Source of the DNA: Dehalococcoidia bacterium
GTDB lineage: Bacteria > Chloroflexota > Dehalococcoidia > Lucifugimonadales > UBA3495
Assembly: GCA_022450395.1 (NCBI GenBank)
Contig: JAKUQE010000013.1
Coordinates: forward strand, 395-64,394
Length of the DNA: 64,000 nucleotides
Reading direction: 5' to 3'
Of this stretch, positions 61,617-64,000 are shown piece by piece (position 1 is the first letter of the stretch; the number at the start of each line of letters is the position of its first letter). Made by a program: the position numbers and the translations under genes. Below the pieces are notes generated by a model. The model made no database searches and was not told where the DNA came from. It saw nothing but the letters and a program-made list of their open reading frames with translations.

Positions 61617-61704
61617 CGTCATTCCGGCCCTTCCGCCGAAGGGGAATCCAGGAAACGTGTCCACCAGCTAAGTTTCTGGACCCCGATTTCGATCGGGGTG
61701 ACGG
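61617..61704. repeat. REP-like element (GTCATTCCGG...GGAATCCAG family)
   Basis: cgtcattccggc...ggaatccagg ... ctggaccccga..tcggggtgacg. Confidence 0.65.
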
Positions 61705-61750
61705 CTGGACTCTCGGCCTCTCTGCAATCTTAGTAATTTACGGGTAACCG

Positions 61751-62512
61751 CTAGATCAAAGCGGTGGGGGTTACGATGCCCTCGGTGTCTTCCTCTGTAA
61801 CCGGGTTTAGGGGCGTGATCCCCAGGTCCTGCTCCATGTAATAGTAGATCTGTTTCAGGTGGTGGGTACTATGGCTCAGGATGATGTTCAACAACTCGGT
61901 AACCGTAACCTCCCCGCCATAGTGGGCGGGAACTACCCGGTCGAAGGAGGCGGTGTCGCCGCTCTTCAGGAATCCATCGATGTTGGCCAAGACCTGGTGG
62001 CCATATTGGGTGATGGTTTCAACGGTGGCGACGTCCTTGATACGCACATTGGAGGCCGCCATGTCATCAGTGCTCATGCTGCCCTGCTTGTGGCTGAGCC
62101 AGGCAAGCTCCGGAAAGGAGATGATGTGCACGATGCAATCCCGCACGCTCCAGGGACGCCAGGGCACTTCTTGTTGTAATTGATCGTCGGTAAGCTGCTG
62201 GGTGGCCCGAATGGCGCCATTAAGCACGATGTCGTATTTTTCCGCCAGCCAACTGGTCTTGCTGGACAAGTCAATCTTGACGTTCAGCTTCAGGGCCGGG
62301 ATCAGCTTTTTGGGGTAATAGCCGATGATTACTTCAGCATCGTCGATGATGGTGACCGGCACCGACTTGATGTCGCGGCTTCTCAGGTACTCTACGGCTG
62401 CTTGGTCGGTGGCCAGGTCGTGGTGCTCATACTGAACACCGTTAGACGACAGAAACTCTTCTACCGTCCGGCAGCTGAATCAACCAGGGTTGGTATATAC
62501 ATGAACATCCAT
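61751..62512 (-). CDS. Glutaredoxin/NrdH-like (UxxC) plus DinB-domain fusion selenoprotein, 253 aa, Sec11 (UGA 62480-62482)
   Basis: AAGGAG SD then MDVHVYTNPG-U-FSCRTVEEFLSSNGVQYEHHDL...KSVPVTII, in frame with ORF 61751-62362 (WSVRDCIVHI, HSTHHLKQI). Confidence 0.88.
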
Positions 62513-62607
62513 GGCTCTCTCCTTAGGGAGTTACCGGGGTAGATTAAAGGGTTCTCTGGGATGGTGTCAACATAACCATTAGTTCCACGATTTGTGGGAT
62601 ACACACT

Positions 62608-62688
62608 CGTCATTCCGGAGAAGGCCGGAATCCAGGAAATGTTCGCATCATATACGAGTGCGGACACAAACTTCCCACGGTGGGACGG
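62608..62688. repeat. REP-like element (GTCATTCCGG...GGAATCCAG family)
   Basis: cgtcattccggagaaggccggaatccagg plus a degenerate partner hairpin. Confidence 0.7.
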
Positions 62689-62904
62689 TCAGTCGTATTT
62701 GGCCAGCAATTGCTCCATAGAAACCGAACTTAAGCGTCCTGCTTTGTAATCTTCGACCCGCTGTTCCGCTTCGCGCCCCCATTGGGCGTCGATAGCTTCG
62801 TACCGTTGATCAAGGCTTGCTCGAAGCTGATCGATAATAAAGGCCTTATCCGCGTCCGATAGATTTAGAGCGCGGTCCAGAATATTTTGGCTTGCTACAC
62901 TCAT
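62689..62904 (-). CDS. Putative addiction-module antitoxin (TIGR02574-like), orphan
   Basis: AL.LS..DKA..IDQL.ASL...IDAQW.REAE.R...Y.AG pattern. Confidence 0.75.
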   Translation of the reverse strand: MSVASQNILDRALNLSDADKAFIIDQLRASLDQRYEAIDAQWGREAEQRVEDYKAGRLSSVSMEQLLAKYD

Positions 62905-63042
62905 AACGTGGTCCTTATAAAGGGCAATAGATCAAACTGGATATTCGATCAGCTTGCATTTATGCCACTTTACCATCGAATTACGCGGTAGAACTGAGGA
63001 ATTTGACTAGCCCATTTCAAAAATCGCCTTGGCCGGAACCGG

Positions 63043-64000
63043 CTACCCCTCGTACACCGTGTTCCCGCCCACGATAGTCATCTCGACTGGGATGTCCTTG
63101 ATGGTTTCCGGGTCTACTTGGGTTGGGTCGGCTCCCAGAACCACCAGGTCGGCCAGCTTGCCGGGTTCGATGGAGCCCTTTATGTCCTCTTCGAATGAGG
63201 CGTAGGCCCCATTTATCGTGTAGATCTTCAGCGCCTCTTCCACGGTTACCCGCTGGTTGGCGCCCCAAATCTTGCCCGTGCTGTCGATCCTGGTTACGCA
63301 GCTCTGGATGCCCAGGAGGGGTTCGAAGGGGCCGGGTGGGTAGTCGGTGGCGCCGGTGGCGACGACGCCATGATTGAGGAATGAGCGCTGGGCGAACATC
63401 CGTGACAGCCGCTCCTCTCCGTAGAATTTCATCTTCTCACCGTGGTAATAGACGTAGGTGCAGAAGGGGGTTGCCACGGCGCCCAGGGCCTTCATTCGGT
63501 TGAGGAGATCGGTGTTGACCAGGGTGCAATGCTCGACGCGGTGCCTGGGGTCCGGTCGGGGGAAGGCGGCCTGAGCTTTCTCGTAGGCCGACAATACCAT
63601 GTCGATGGTCAGGTCACCGTTGGCGTGGATGCAGACCTGGAACCCGGCTTTGTGGATCTCCATTACCTGCCGTTCAATCTCGTCCGCCGGGATGGCCAGG
63701 ATGCCGTGGTCGCAATCGGAGCCTTCGTAGGGCTCGGATAGGTAGGCGGTGCGGGAGGCGATGGCCCCGTCGGCCACCATCTTTATGCCTCCCAACCGCA
63801 GCCGGTCGTCGCCGAAGCCGGTCTTAAGCCCCGCGTCTCTCAATGCGGGGAAGTGGTCATAGGCCATCAATATGTAGGCCCGCAACGTCAAGTCGCCGTT
63901 GTCCCGTCCCTCTTGGTAGGTCAGCATCTCGTCGTTGGTTACTCTGGCGTCGTGAACGCTGGTCAGCCCAACCGGTGTCAGCATCTGGCAGATGCGTTGC
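63043..64000 (-). CDS. Amidohydrolase (YtcJ-like), 5'-truncated by the window edge
   Basis: GLTSVHDA, K..ADG, HANGD, HRVEH, ATDYP, KGSIEPGKLADLVVL. Confidence 0.92.
   Translation of the reverse strand, partial: QRICQMLTPVGLTSVHDARVTNDEMLTYQEGRDNGDLTLRAYILMAYDHFPALRDAGLKTGFGDDRLRLGGIKMVADGAIASRTAYLSEPYEGSDCDHGILAIPADEIERQVMEIHKAGFQVCIHANGDLTIDMVLSAYEKAQAAFPRPDPRHRVEHCTLVNTDLLNRMKALGAVATPFCTYVYYHGEKMKFYGEERLSRMFAQRSFLNHGVVATGATDYPPGPFEPLLGIQSCVTRIDSTGKIWGANQRVTVEEALKIYTINGAYASFEEDIKGSIEPGKLADLVVLGADPTQVDPETIKDIPVEMTIVGGNTVYEG

Overview
GC-rich bacterial chromosome segment, most consistent with Chloroflexota/Dehalococcoidia (SAR202-like; inferred from gene style, not measured). Housekeeping content: uvrA 3' part, rex, a complete F1Fo ATP synthase operon, Lon-like protease, coaD/rsmD, ribF-tyrS, EF-G2, an amino-acid ABC transporter and a peptide ABC transporter. 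The main signal the ORF track misses is four in-frame UGA codons at redox-motif positions, each followed by a short G-loop hairpin, so four probable selenoproteins: a UGSC-family protein (5203-5733), GrdA (51073-51528, absent from the ORF track), a GrdB-type subunit (53792-55141) and a glutaredoxin(UxxC)-DinB fusion (61751-62512). The glycine-reductase-like cluster is atypical: convergent layout, no grdD or thioredoxin genes in the window, a B-proprotein apparently lacking the pyruvoyl-forming Cys, and co-orientation with a TPR protein and two deacetylase-fold hydrolases. A 980-bp brnTA islet is bracketed by a diverged duplicate of the grdA 3' end. Also seen: a hicAB pair inside the atp operon, a probable ATA start codon, VIKEV-repeat lipoprotein tethers and many REP-like intergenic palindromes. 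No tRNA, rRNA or CRISPR array was recognised.
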